Below are positions 8,577 through 17,908 of a stretch of 32,000 nt of DNA, in pieces. Position numbers and translations under genes: made by a program. Every line of letters starts with the position of its first letter. The stretch's first letter is position 1. Source of the DNA: Nitrosococcus oceani ATCC 19707 (lineage in GTDB: Bacteria; Pseudomonadota; Gammaproteobacteria; Nitrosococcales; Nitrosococcaceae); assembly GCF_000012805.1 (NCBI RefSeq), contig NC_007484.1, forward strand, positions 3,060,001 through 3,092,000. The letters are read 5' to 3'. A model generated the notes under the pieces. It saw only the letters and a list, made by a program, of their open reading frames with translations. It had not been told where the DNA came from and did no database searches.

Positions 8577-10511
8577 ATGGCTCAAAACGTCACCCAAAAA
8601 CTGATTGCAAACCACCTGGTTTCCGGTGAAATGGAAGCCGGTACGGAAATCGCCTTGCGTATCGATCAAACCTTAACCCAGGACGCCACCGGCACCCTCG
8701 TGATGCTGGAATTCGAGGCCATGGGAATTCCCCAGGTCAAAACTGAATGTTCCGTCCAGTACGTTGACCATAACCTCATTCAGGCAGACTTTAAAAACCC
8801 GGATGACCATCTGTTTCTGCGTAGTGCCTGCAAAAAATTTGGCCTCTGGTATAGCCGCCCCGGTAATGGGGTCAGCCATCCCGTACATATGGAACGCTTT
8901 GGCATCCCAGGCAAAACCTTATTAGGCTCGGATAGCCATACGCCCGCTGCGGGCTCCCTGGGAATGCTAGCCATAGGCGCTGGAGGGCTGGAAGTAGCCA
9001 TGGCCATGGCGGGCGAGCCGCTTTACACTAAGATGCCCAAAGTGTGGGGCGTCAAACTGACAGGCCAACTTCCCGCTTGGGTGAGTGCCAAGGACGTTAT
9101 TTTAGAGATGCTGCGCCGGCACGACGTGAAGGGAGGCGTAGGCAAGATCATTGAATACTACGGGCCAGGCCTGGCGAATCTAACCGCTATGGATCGACAC
9201 GTTATCGCCAATATGGGGGCCGAACTGGGTGCGACTACCACTGTCTTTCCGGCTGATGGGGCAGTAAAAGCGTTTCTTGAGACTCAAGAGCGGGGAGATG
9301 TCTGGAGAGAACTGCTGGCGGATGAGAATGCCAAGTACGATGAGTATGAAGAAATCAATCTCTCTGAACTGGAACCCCTCATTGCCCTTCCCAGCAGTCC
9401 GGGGAAGGTAGCGCCTGTACGGGAAGTGGCTGGCCGGGAAATTTACCAAACCTATATTGGCTCATCCGCTAATCCCGGCCTGCGGGACTTTGCCATAGGC
9501 GCATTGATTGTCGATGGCAAGCAAGTTCATGATCGGGTGTCCTTTGATATTAACCCCACCTCGCGACAGATCCTGGAAAATTTGATCTCTTTGGGGTTAC
9601 TGGAAAAACTCATCCGGGCCGGCGCGCGCCTACATCAAGCCGGCTGCAATGGCTGTATTGGTATGGGCCAAGCGCCAGCCACCGGGCGTATCAGCCTGCG
9701 CACCGTCCCCCGAAATTTTCCAGGGCGTTCAGGCACTAAGGAAGATCAAGTCTATCTATGCAGCCCGGAGACGGCCGCGGCCTCGGCCTTAACTGGGAAA
9801 ATTACCGATCCGCGTACCCTGGACATGGACTATCCCCATTTCCAGGAACCCAAATCCATCCTCATCAACACCAGCATGCTTTCTCCCCCGGTTGAAAAGA
9901 AAGAAGGGATTGCGCTGGAGAAAGGGCCTAACATCAAGCCCCTGCCCCCTTTCGAGCCGCTCCCCGATAATTTTGAGGGGCCGGTGTTGCTAAAGGTTGC
10001 TGACGATATTTCCACGGATGGAATTATGCCCGCCGGGGCCAGGGTGCTGCCTTATCGCAGCAATATCCCGGAGATTAGTAAATTTGTCTTCGAGCCTATC
10101 GACGAAAATTACTACCAGCGGGCCATGGCCCATCAACAGCAAGGTTCCTTGGTGGTAGGAGGAGAGAATTATGGCCAAGGATCGAGCCGGGAACATGCTG
10201 CCCTGGCTCCTCGCTACCTGGGTCTAAAAGTAGTTCTTGCCAAAAGTTTTGCCCGGATTCACTGGCAAAATCTAGTCAACTTCGGTATCTTGCCCTTAAC
10301 CTTCGTCAAGTTGGATGATTGGGAACGCATCGATCAGGATGATATCCTTTACCTTGCCGCTATCCGTAGCGCCATTCAAAAAGGAAAAAGAATAACCATC
10401 CGCAATAAAACTAAACAAGAAGATTATGAGTTTGAACACTCGCTTAGTTCCCGGCAAATTGAGATGATCCTGGAAGGCAGCCTTATTAATGTGATTCGCA
10501 AGAAGCAGTGA
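8577..10511 (+). CDS. Aconitate hydratase (short, about 644-aa aconitase-family enzyme)
   Basis: Aconitase-family motifs are present: IDQTLTQDATG, GSDSHTPAAG, Fe-S Cys region GCNGCIGMG, and swivel-domain GENYGQGSSREHAA. The track ORF begins at 8484, but its first 31 codons (MIFLCCLQNVFLCLL...) look non-native. The ATG at 8577 (MAQNVTQKLI) is taken as the start. Confidence 0.9.
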   Translation: MAQNVTQKLIANHLVSGEMEAGTEIALRIDQTLTQDATGTLVMLEFEAMGIPQVKTECSVQYVDHNLIQADFKNPDDHLFLRSACKKFGLWYSRPGNGVSHPVHMERFGIPGKTLLGSDSHTPAAGSLGMLAIGAGGLEVAMAMAGEPLYTKMPKVWGVKLTGQLPAWVSAKDVILEMLRRHDVKGGVGKIIEYYGPGLANLTAMDRHVIANMGAELGATTTVFPADGAVKAFLETQERGDVWRELLADENAKYDEYEEINLSELEPLIALPSSPGKVAPVREVAGREIYQTYIGSSANPGLRDFAIGALIVDGKQVHDRVSFDINPTSRQILENLISLGLLEKLIRAGARLHQAGCNGCIGMGQAPATGRISLRTVPRNFPGRSGTKEDQVYLCSPETAAASALTGKITDPRTLDMDYPHFQEPKSILINTSMLSPPVEKKEGIALEKGPNIKPLPPFEPLPDNFEGPVLLKVADDISTDGIMPAGARVLPYRSNIPEISKFVFEPIDENYYQRAMAHQQQGSLVVGGENYGQGSSREHAALAPRYLGLKVVLAKSFARIHWQNLVNFGILPLTFVKLDDWERIDQDDILYLAAIRSAIQKGKRITIRNKTKQEDYEFEHSLSSRQIEMILEGSLINVIRKKQ

Positions 10512-10673
10512 AGCAATCCTCAAAACGTTTTCCCCTAGAGCCATCACGAATGGTACACATGATTAAGTGATCTTACGCTAATACCCTCATAGCTTCGAAG
10601 GTATACAAGAGGGATTTCCTTTGCTCGAAATAGCACTCCCGGCAGGAGCGCTATACTTCCCTGTATTCCTTCA

Positions 10674-11321
10674 ATGTCTAGGAAAAATCCCATGAACTTT
10701 CAACCCAGCCCTTTACAGGCATTAATCTTGTGGCGGTTACTGACTAGCGAAGGACGAGCCTACCTGACCGATATCCGTCCTAAACCCAAGCGGCGCGACC
10801 GGGAAGCCCTGCTAGAGGCGAAATTTATCGAAGAACAATGGCGACGCAAACCCCAGGGCAGCCGGGCAATCTATGTCCAACTCACCGATAGAGCCTGGGC
10901 TTGGGCCGGAGAACATATGGATGCCAAACTCTCCCATCGGTCCCCGGCGGCAGGCCCTATCCTCCAGAGCTTTCTTGCCCGCTTGCAACCCATCCTGCAA
11001 AGTCGACATATCACGCTGGCGGAAATTTTTAGCTCAACTCAAGCGCCTCCCCCAAGCGAAGATTCGGAACAACAGCTACGGGAGGCCTATTTCCATCTCT
11101 CTGGCGGCGAGAGGAATATTCGAGTTCGGCTCGCTCAACTCCGGCAACAGTTAGGAGCTATTCCTCGTCCCAGACTAGACGAATTATTGCTGAAATTACA
11201 AAGGGAAGGAAAATTGGTGCTGTCTCCTCTCGATGATTCCCGGGAAATTTTACCGGAGGACCAAAAAGCAGCCCTAAGTGTCGCCGGATTTAAGCGGCAT
11301 CTGGTGTATATGCAAAAATAA
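10674..11321 (+). CDS. Uncharacterised protein with two winged-helix-like segments; first gene of a two-gene module
   Basis: 215-aa ORF. The N-terminal segment (LQALILWRLLTSEGRAYLTDI...LLEAKFIEEQ...IYVQLTDRAW) and C-terminal segment (VRLAQLRQQLGAIPRPRLDELLLKLQREGKLVLSPLDD) resemble wHTH units, separated by a Pro/Ser linker. The ATG at 10692 has an AGGAAA about 6 nt upstream and may be the true start. The stop lies 8 nt before the next gene's ATG. Confidence 0.7.
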   Translation: MSRKNPMNFQPSPLQALILWRLLTSEGRAYLTDIRPKPKRRDREALLEAKFIEEQWRRKPQGSRAIYVQLTDRAWAWAGEHMDAKLSHRSPAAGPILQSFLARLQPILQSRHITLAEIFSSTQAPPPSEDSEQQLREAYFHLSGGERNIRVRLAQLRQQLGAIPRPRLDELLLKLQREGKLVLSPLDDSREILPEDQKAALSVAGFKRHLVYMQK

Positions 11322-11328
11322 TCAGCCA

Positions 11329-14300
11329 ATGGACGAATATAGAGTACTAAAAACCGTTAATTTTGACTGGACCATGCAATTACAAAGCGTATGGCGCAAC
11401 TCGCCGCTACACGTACCGGGTCTCCATGAAAACCTGCGAACCGAGCTTATGGAAACCTTGAAAGAGAGGATGGGAAGCCAGGATCAAAATCCCCTCGGGC
11501 AAATCATTACGGGCCCAGCAGGTGCCGGGAAAACCCATCTCCTTAGCGCCATACGCCAGGAGGTTGCCGCCCTCCCGGCCTGGTTTGTATTGGTGGATAT
11601 GACCGATATCAAGGATTTCTGGGAAACAGTGCTACTGGGATATCTCAACTCCCTGCAGCAAGCAACTTCAGGAAACCGACCCCAATTTCAAAGCCTCCTA
11701 AAACACCTCCTAAACCCGGACGTAAAACCCCAAAACCCTTTTTCTTCCTTTTATCGAACTCCGTCTCGGTCGAGAAAATCCCCACTCCAATGGCTGACGG
11801 CGCTGTTAGCGGGCAAAAAAGCCCAGCGCCAGGAAGCTGCTCCTGCTACGCCCCGGCAAATCGCGGAATATGGGGACAAGGAACTCGCCCAAGTCATCCG
11901 GCAGACTATCAACCGCCTGAGCACGCAATACCCGGAGGAGATCCGGGCCCATCAAGACGCCCTCCGCGCTTTGATGCTGCTCAATTCTAACGATCTCGAG
12001 CGCGCCAACGTAGGCTACAGTTGGCTCCAAGGCATGGCTATTGACGAAACTGATCGGCATCTCTTCGGCTTTTTATGGCCCCAGCGGCAGCCTTCTGAAA
12101 TCGTAAAGTCCTTGTCCTGGCTAATGAGCCGGTATGCACCTACCCTGCTGGCTTTCGATCAATTAGATGCCATTATGAGCCAACACCATATCACTACTGC
12201 CAGCTCTGGCGAAGGGGAGCGGATGACGGGGGAGCAGCGCGCTTCCCAAGCCATCATCGAAGGGATTGCGGACGGCTTTATGGCCGTCCGGGATACGGTC
12301 TATCGCACCGCCACCATCTTAGCTTGCCTGGAAGGAAGTTGGGAAATATTGCGAAAGGGGAGTCTGAAATCGGCGACCGATCGGTTTGCTTCCCCCCAGC
12401 CCCTACCGCCCATTAATAATGCCACGCTCGCAGAGGAAATCATCGCCCTTCGCCTCGCTCATGCTTACCATGCCCACGGCTTTACGCCCCCCTATCCCAG
12501 CTGGCCTTTCCAACCACAAGTCTTTGCCAGCGCGGCCACGCTCTTACCCCGGGAATTGTTAAAACGGTGCGAGGAGCATCGGCTTCAATGTTTAAGCAAG
12601 GGCGAGGTCATAGAGCTAGCCTGTTTCGAATCGCCACCAGAAGCCACCGAGACCTTAGCTACCATCCGCCCAGATCCCGGGCTTGACCACGCTTACCAGG
12701 AACTCTGCCGCCAGGCCCCCATACAGGAACTGCTATCCGAGGAAGCAGAAGATGAAGTACTGGGGATGCTGATACCGGCCCTATGCCGCTGTCTCCTGCG
12801 GGAAACCCCACTGCCGAAAAGCAGGCGGGGAGTGGTGGATACCGAATTCCCAGGCGATAAAAACTACCGCGCTCTTCATGCCCGGCTCCGGATCATCGAC
12901 TCCAGCCAAGAGAATCGAGAACAACATTACTGCTTTCGTGCTTTGCAAAAAACCCACGCCACCGCCTATCAAAACCGTCTTAACGGAGCCCTTACTGCTT
13001 CCGGGATTGACTCCAAGCTGCCTTTCAGAAGGCTTATCATCGTCCGCACCACCCCTCTGCCCTTGGGCAAGGTTACCCGGGAAATCACTGACAAATTTCT
13101 CCAGGCAAAGGGTAAATTCGCCGCGCCTAACGAACAAGATCTAAGAACCATGTGGGCGCTCCATAAGCTTGAGCAACAAAACTTGCCTGGCTTTGAAGCA
13201 TGGCTTCGCGAGCGCCACCCCGCAACTCAACTCCAATGGCTTCAGGAAACAAAAATTACCGAATGCCTTGCTGCTGATGCATTCCCTCTGGAAAATAACC
13301 TGCCTTTAAATGCAAAAGAGAACACGGATATCTGGGCCAAACTCCCGGCCCCAAAACGGCACAATTATAAGGCCACCACTCCCTCCTATCCGTCGGCCCT
13401 GCCGGTAGGGAAAATTCTGTCCAACCCTGCCGAAAAGATAACTATCCCCTTGCCCCTTCTCACACAATATACTGGAATATTGGCGGGGAGTGGTTCGGGC
13501 AAGACGGTGCTCTTGAAAAGATGGGTGGAAGAAGCCGCATTGCTAGGTATCCCCTCCATCGTGATAGACCGTACCAATACGCTGGTGTCTTTAGGGGAAC
13601 AGTGGCCCGCCCCCCCCACCTCCTGGACTCCCGAAGATCAGGAAAAGGCGGAACATTATCATGCCAACAACGAGGTGATTATCTGGACCCCCGGACAAGC
13701 AGATGGTAATCCCTTGCAATTAGAGCCATTGCCCGATCTCGCTTCGCTCCTGGAGCAGCCGGAAAAATTCCAGCAAGCTCTTGAAATGGCCCAATCCACC
13801 CTGAAAGAAATCGTAGCCCCCGGCAAATCCGCCCATTCAGACTATAAAATGGACGTTCTCACTGCGGCGCTAAAACTCTTTGCTATCCAAAAGGGGAAAA
13901 CCCTGCCGGATCTTATCGCCATTCTCTCCCACCTACCGGCGGAAATCAGTACCAGTATCTCCAGCGCCGCTCGCCTGGGGAGCGAAATGGCCCAGCGTCT
14001 GCAAGCGGAGATACAAAACAATCGCTTGTTCTATCCGGAAAGCCCTTTCCTCGATCCTGGCTGCCTCTTTAAAGGAACTTCAGCAAATAGGAGCAGGATA
14101 TCCATCATCAACCTGGCCGGTTTACCTGACCTTAAAACCCAGCAGCAGTTTCTTAATCAGTTAGCCATAACCCTGCTAGGCTGGATAAAACAGCATTCCG
14201 CCTCTCCTTCCATGCCAGTACAGGGTTTTTTGATACTGGACGAGGCCGAGGATTTTATCCCTGCCGAACAATCCACCCCCTGCAAAGACAACTTGCTAAA

Positions 14301-14649
14301 GCTTGCGGAATACGCCCCTACCGGCGGTCTCGGATTAGTTTTCTCTACCCAAAACCCCAAAAATATTGCCCCCCCTATCATTTCTGACTGCTTCACCCAG
14401 TTTGCTGGGAAAGCTAGCGCACCGGCCATCATCGAAGCCATACGGGAGCAGTTTAAAATACGCGGTGGCGAGGAGGACGACATCCCCGTCCTGGAAGCTG
14501 GTCATTTTTACCTCCATACAGAGGGGATGCCAGCCCCGGTAAAAGTGGCGATACCCTGGTGCCTCTCCTACCATCCCCCCCACCCTCCGGAGAAGGCCGA
14601 GGTCCTAAAACGAGCCGCCGCCTCTCGCCTCCAGGCCCAAAATCCATAA
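11329..14649 (+). CDS. Large (about 1106 aa) dual P-loop NTPase: N-terminal ORC/Cdc6-like AAA+ module plus C-terminal HerA/FtsK-like (DUF87-type) module
   Basis: - Module 1: Walker A GPAGAGKTHLL (11511-11543), Walker B-like LLAFDQLDAI (12145-12174), and a lid-like PPINNATLAEEIIALRL.
- Module 2: Walker A GILAGSGSGKTVLLKR (GSGSGKT at 13486-13506), Walker B FLILDEAEDF (14227-14256), and the HerA-typical GLGLVFSTQNPKNI.
- Start taken at ATG 11329; the track ORF starts at a GTG at 11278 that overlaps the upstream gene. Confidence 0.85.
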   Translation: MDEYRVLKTVNFDWTMQLQSVWRNSPLHVPGLHENLRTELMETLKERMGSQDQNPLGQIITGPAGAGKTHLLSAIRQEVAALPAWFVLVDMTDIKDFWETVLLGYLNSLQQATSGNRPQFQSLLKHLLNPDVKPQNPFSSFYRTPSRSRKSPLQWLTALLAGKKAQRQEAAPATPRQIAEYGDKELAQVIRQTINRLSTQYPEEIRAHQDALRALMLLNSNDLERANVGYSWLQGMAIDETDRHLFGFLWPQRQPSEIVKSLSWLMSRYAPTLLAFDQLDAIMSQHHITTASSGEGERMTGEQRASQAIIEGIADGFMAVRDTVYRTATILACLEGSWEILRKGSLKSATDRFASPQPLPPINNATLAEEIIALRLAHAYHAHGFTPPYPSWPFQPQVFASAATLLPRELLKRCEEHRLQCLSKGEVIELACFESPPEATETLATIRPDPGLDHAYQELCRQAPIQELLSEEAEDEVLGMLIPALCRCLLRETPLPKSRRGVVDTEFPGDKNYRALHARLRIIDSSQENREQHYCFRALQKTHATAYQNRLNGALTASGIDSKLPFRRLIIVRTTPLPLGKVTREITDKFLQAKGKFAAPNEQDLRTMWALHKLEQQNLPGFEAWLRERHPATQLQWLQETKITECLAADAFPLENNLPLNAKENTDIWAKLPAPKRHNYKATTPSYPSALPVGKILSNPAEKITIPLPLLTQYTGILAGSGSGKTVLLKRWVEEAALLGIPSIVIDRTNTLVSLGEQWPAPPTSWTPEDQEKAEHYHANNEVIIWTPGQADGNPLQLEPLPDLASLLEQPEKFQQALEMAQSTLKEIVAPGKSAHSDYKMDVLTAALKLFAIQKGKTLPDLIAILSHLPAEISTSISSAARLGSEMAQRLQAEIQNNRLFYPESPFLDPGCLFKGTSANRSRISIINLAGLPDLKTQQQFLNQLAITLLGWIKQHSASPSMPVQGFLILDEAEDFIPAEQSTPCKDNLLKLAEYAPTGGLGLVFSTQNPKNIAPPIISDCFTQFAGKASAPAIIEAIREQFKIRGGEEDDIPVLEAGHFYLHTEGMPAPVKVAIPWCLSYHPPHPPEKAEVLKRAAASRLQAQNP

Positions 14650-14910
14650 GGAGATTCGACTATATTTTTACCAAGGCCCACTCTCTCTGGAAGAGACTAT
14701 TCTTATGAATTTTCTCACCTTTCTGGAAACTTTTCCAAAAGCTTTACGGTTTTTTACAAATAAAACTTGCAAAATAAATATATTTATTCTTTAATAGGTA
14801 CTAAGAATACGTTTTTATAGCAACAGTCTGGAGACAGCAAACGTTTTTTCATGAGTGATTCCCTTCGATAGCATCAAGCTGGTCCAAAGAGTATTTTCTT
14901 TGGCCTTTAA

Positions 14911-14941
14911 GCCTCGCGATGATTTCCCGAGGCTTTTTTTT
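14911..14941 (+). terminator. Rho-independent terminator-like hairpin about 260 nt downstream of the large ATPase gene
   Basis: Stem gcctcg (14911-14916) pairs with cgaggc (14928-14933) around an 11-nt loop, followed by a run of 8 T (14934-14941). Confidence 0.5.
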
Positions 14942-15040
14942 ATGCAACACAACCGGCAACAGTATGAAATCAGCCTGATCCAGAGCTTGCTGTCCAGATT
15001 TTCCTCTCCTGCTTCCCGCCTTGTCAGCAGGTGATTATCC

Positions 15041-15072
15041 AAAAAAGGATGGAGAACCTTTATAGGCTCTCC
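15041..15072 (-). terminator. Probable terminator of the TRL-like lipoprotein gene
   Basis: On the minus strand, ggagagcc-tataaa-ggttctcc forms an 8-bp stem with one mismatch, followed by atcctttttt (complement of 15041-15050). It lies about 30 nt after the stop at 15101. Confidence 0.5.
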
Positions 15073-15100
15073 AAACGAAAGCAGCTGTATTAAGCCAAAT

Positions 15101-15409
15101 CTAGTTGCCGTACACCGTCAGGGTGTAGTTGCCGATGATGCCGAGGATGTTACGTGCATGCCAGTCAACGTGGGTAACTTCTTGAATACCCCCATTAGCT
15201 TTAGCCGTTTCAATACTACAGTCGCCAGTCGCTACGAGTGACAGAACACTCTGACATTTGGCAGTACCCGTTTTAGTGGCGGTGGCGTTTGAGGTAGCGG
15301 TTACGGGAAGATCCAATTCTGTGTACAGTCCACCGATTGGCCTAGAAGTTGCACACCCACCAAGAGCTATAGAAGCTGCAATAATTCCACTAGCAAATAT
15401 TTTTTTCAT
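15101..15409 (-). CDS. TRL-like small lipoprotein
   Basis: MKKIFASGIIAASIALGGC is a signal peptide with a lipobox (LGGC). The mature part has the pattern typical of the TRL-like family (GGLYTELDLPVTAT..., C...GDCSIE..., GNYTLTVYGN). Start taken at ATG 15409 rather than the track's 15460. Confidence 0.8.
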   Translation of the reverse strand: MKKIFASGIIAASIALGGCATSRPIGGLYTELDLPVTATSNATATKTGTAKCQSVLSLVATGDCSIETAKANGGIQEVTHVDWHARNILGIIGNYTLTVYGN

Positions 15410-15687
15410 GGTTAACCCATCCTTTCTAGATTTTTTGGATTTCCTCAAATGCAGGACCACTCATTCCCGCCCATCTTAGTATAGTGTATAGGAAAATAAA
15501 TACTTCCTTCTTTTTTATAAGAGGATGAAATACGGGAAATTCCTTGGGCCGTTAACCACCCCGACAAGTAATCAGAAATTGACAAAATGATGAAGGGGTT
15601 GAGTTAAGCCGAAGGTGAATGAAGGAGGCTGGAAATAGAGAAGAGTTGATGGGGCGGCATCAAGCAATGGTGTGGGCCACCTTTCCC

Positions 15688-17058
15688 TCAGTGCCGACCA
15701 GCGGAATAATCGTTAAAGTAACGCCGTGCCGCAGCGTTTACTTTCGGCGCCAGCAGCAGCGTGGCAGTCATGGTGGGAATGGCCATCATGGCATACATGC
15801 CGTCGACCAGCCCGATTATGGTTTTCAGCGAGACTACAGATCCAACAACAATAAGTACTCCGTAGATCCAGACATAATGGTGCTGATACTCGGCGCCAAT
15901 GAGAAAGCCGAAGCACTTAGCACCGTAGTACCAAAAAGTAATGATAGTGCTCAAGCTGAGAAAGATAACCAGCAACGTCAGTAGGTAGGCCCCCGCACCG
16001 GGCAAAGCATCCTCAAAGGCTTCGGCAGTCAGCGTCACACCCGTGGCCTGACCCTGCCATACGTCTGTAATAAGGATCACCAGTGCAGTGCAAGTACATA
16101 CCAGCAGGGTATCGATGACTGGACCCAGCATAGCCACCAGCCCCTCGCGCACTGGCTCGCTGGTTTTGGCCGCCCCGTGGGCCATGACCTCAGTACCGAT
16201 ACCCGCCTCGTTAGAAAAGGCGCCGCGGCGGACTCCCATGAGAATCACCGTGCCCAGGGCGCCACTGGCAACAGCATGCCCGGTGAACGCATCCGAAAAA
16301 ATCAACGCGAGGGCGCCGGGTATCTGCGCTGCGTGTTGCACGAGAATCACAAGGGTCAGTAGTAGATAGAATAGCACCATGCCCGGGACCAGGGCCGCAG
16401 TGACCCTGCCAATGCGCTGGATATTGCCCAGGATAATGGTCAGCGTTGCGGCAGCAAGAAGGGCACCAATAAGCAGATCATAACCAAAGTGCGCATCGGC
16501 ACGCGCCCAGCCCAAAGGAATAGCGAAGACGTCCCGGGTAATCTGCACAAGCTGGTTGGCTTGGAAGACAGGCAGTGTACCCACCATCCCGGTAACCGCA
16601 AAGAGACCCGCAAGCGGTAGCCAGCGGCGGCTCAACCCCTCACGGATCACATACATCGGGCCACCCTGCCATTCACCGCGGCTGTCGCGGCCACGGAACA
16701 TAATCGCTAGGGTGCAAGTATAGAATTTTGTGGCGACGCCGACTATCGCCGTCACCCACATCCAGAATATGGCGCCCGGCCCTCCCATCGTAATGGCTAC
16801 CGCTACTCCTGCAAGGTTGCCCAAACCAAGGGTGCCGGACAGTGCCGTTGTCAGCGCCTGGAAGTGGGGGATCTGGCCGGTCTCATCCGGGTCGTCGTAC
16901 CTGCCCAGAAGAATGCCGATACTGTGGCGAAAATGCAGATAGGGAAGGCAGCGCGAGTAGAAAACGAGGAAGGTACCCCCGCCAACCAGCAATAGGACCA
17001 GAGGCATGCCCCACATGAAGGCGGCGAAGGCGGTGAACCAATGTTCCAGTTGTTGCAT
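15688..17058 (-). CDS. Alanine/glycine:cation (sodium) symporter, AGCS family
   Basis: 456-aa polytopic ORF with AGCS-typical motifs: FQALTTALSGTLGLGNLAGVAVAITMGGPGAIFWMW, GGPMYVI, RGAFSNEAGIGT. Confidence 0.9.
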   Translation of the reverse strand: MQQLEHWFTAFAAFMWGMPLVLLLVGGGTFLVFYSRCLPYLHFRHSIGILLGRYDDPDETGQIPHFQALTTALSGTLGLGNLAGVAVAITMGGPGAIFWMWVTAIVGVATKFYTCTLAIMFRGRDSRGEWQGGPMYVIREGLSRRWLPLAGLFAVTGMVGTLPVFQANQLVQITRDVFAIPLGWARADAHFGYDLLIGALLAAATLTIILGNIQRIGRVTAALVPGMVLFYLLLTLVILVQHAAQIPGALALIFSDAFTGHAVASGALGTVILMGVRRGAFSNEAGIGTEVMAHGAAKTSEPVREGLVAMLGPVIDTLLVCTCTALVILITDVWQGQATGVTLTAEAFEDALPGAGAYLLTLLVIFLSLSTIITFWYYGAKCFGFLIGAEYQHHYVWIYGVLIVVGSVVSLKTIIGLVDGMYAMMAIPTMTATLLLAPKVNAAARRYFNDYSAGRH

Positions 17059-17138
17059 CGCTCAAGCTTTCTTTTCTAGTATGGCTATAATCTGATTGAT
17101 TGCGGGTGCCATTGCAAACAGCCCACCGGAGAAAGCCG

Positions 17139-17681
17139 ATGGTAGAGAGAGAAAAAGCACTACTCTATTATTTTGCCTATGGTTCGAATATGGCCGTGGA
17201 GCGCCTGCGGGCGCGCGTTCCCAGCGCCAGGCGGATCGTTACGGCCCGTCTCATGGGCTATGCCTTACGTTTTCACAAGAAAGGCATGGATGGTTCCGGC
17301 AAGTGTGATGTGGTGTCCACTGGCAATCCTGCAGATTGCGTACACGGCATAGTATTTGAAATCGCCACGGCTGAAAAGCCGGCATTGGATCGGGTGGAAG
17401 GCCCCCGCTATATACAGCAGAATGTGCAACTGGCGTTGGCTGACGGCAATTGGGTCGACGCCTTTCTCTACGTGGTGGCGGACAAGCGACGTTTCACGGA
17501 TGCGGCTATGAAACCCTTCTGCTGGTACAAATATCATGTGTTATACGGTGCGCGCAGTAACGGACTGCCCGGTGACTACATCGCCCGTATAGAAGCCGAA
17601 CTGGAGCAGCCAGACGGTGACGACCAGCGCCGGGCGCATGAAATGCGTATCTACGCCAAAGGTGCAGCCTGTGGGCCGTGA
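17139..17681 (+). CDS. Gamma-glutamylcyclotransferase-like (AIG2/GGCT-fold) protein
   Basis: YYFAYGSNM motif near the N-terminus, GIVFEI, E in LDRVEG. Start taken at ATG 17139 with GGAGAA 5-6 nt upstream; the track ORF starts at 17100. Confidence 0.8.
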   Translation: MVEREKALLYYFAYGSNMAVERLRARVPSARRIVTARLMGYALRFHKKGMDGSGKCDVVSTGNPADCVHGIVFEIATAEKPALDRVEGPRYIQQNVQLALADGNWVDAFLYVVADKRRFTDAAMKPFCWYKYHVLYGARSNGLPGDYIARIEAELEQPDGDDQRRAHEMRIYAKGAACGP

Positions 17682-17908
17682 ACGCCCATAGGCACGCCGG
17701 CGATGCGGGTATCCAGCGATCCTCCCGTGGCTATCATTACGCCGTTGCCTAAGTAGCTGCACAACTTCGGGACATTATCATTATCAAAGCGTACGGTTTC
17801 GATACAGGCGAAAAAGGGCTGCCGGAAGTTCATAGGGCCAACCGCGGCGGCAGCAGCGGACGACGCAGTGATCACTCGGCAGTGATACCACGCCAATCCG
17901 CTTGGCGA

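Noticed and set aside
14815-15042. 75-aa minus-strand ORF in the AT-rich spacer
   Set aside because: It runs through the 14911-14941 hairpin/T-run. The translation (…ISYCCRLCCIKKSLGKSS…) is not protein-like and there is no RBS. It is treated as non-coding.
17171-17185. ggttcgaat, resembling a tRNA T-arm/T-loop
   Set aside because: It lies inside the GGCT-like coding sequence (codons for YGSNM). No acceptor, D or anticodon arms can be drawn around it.
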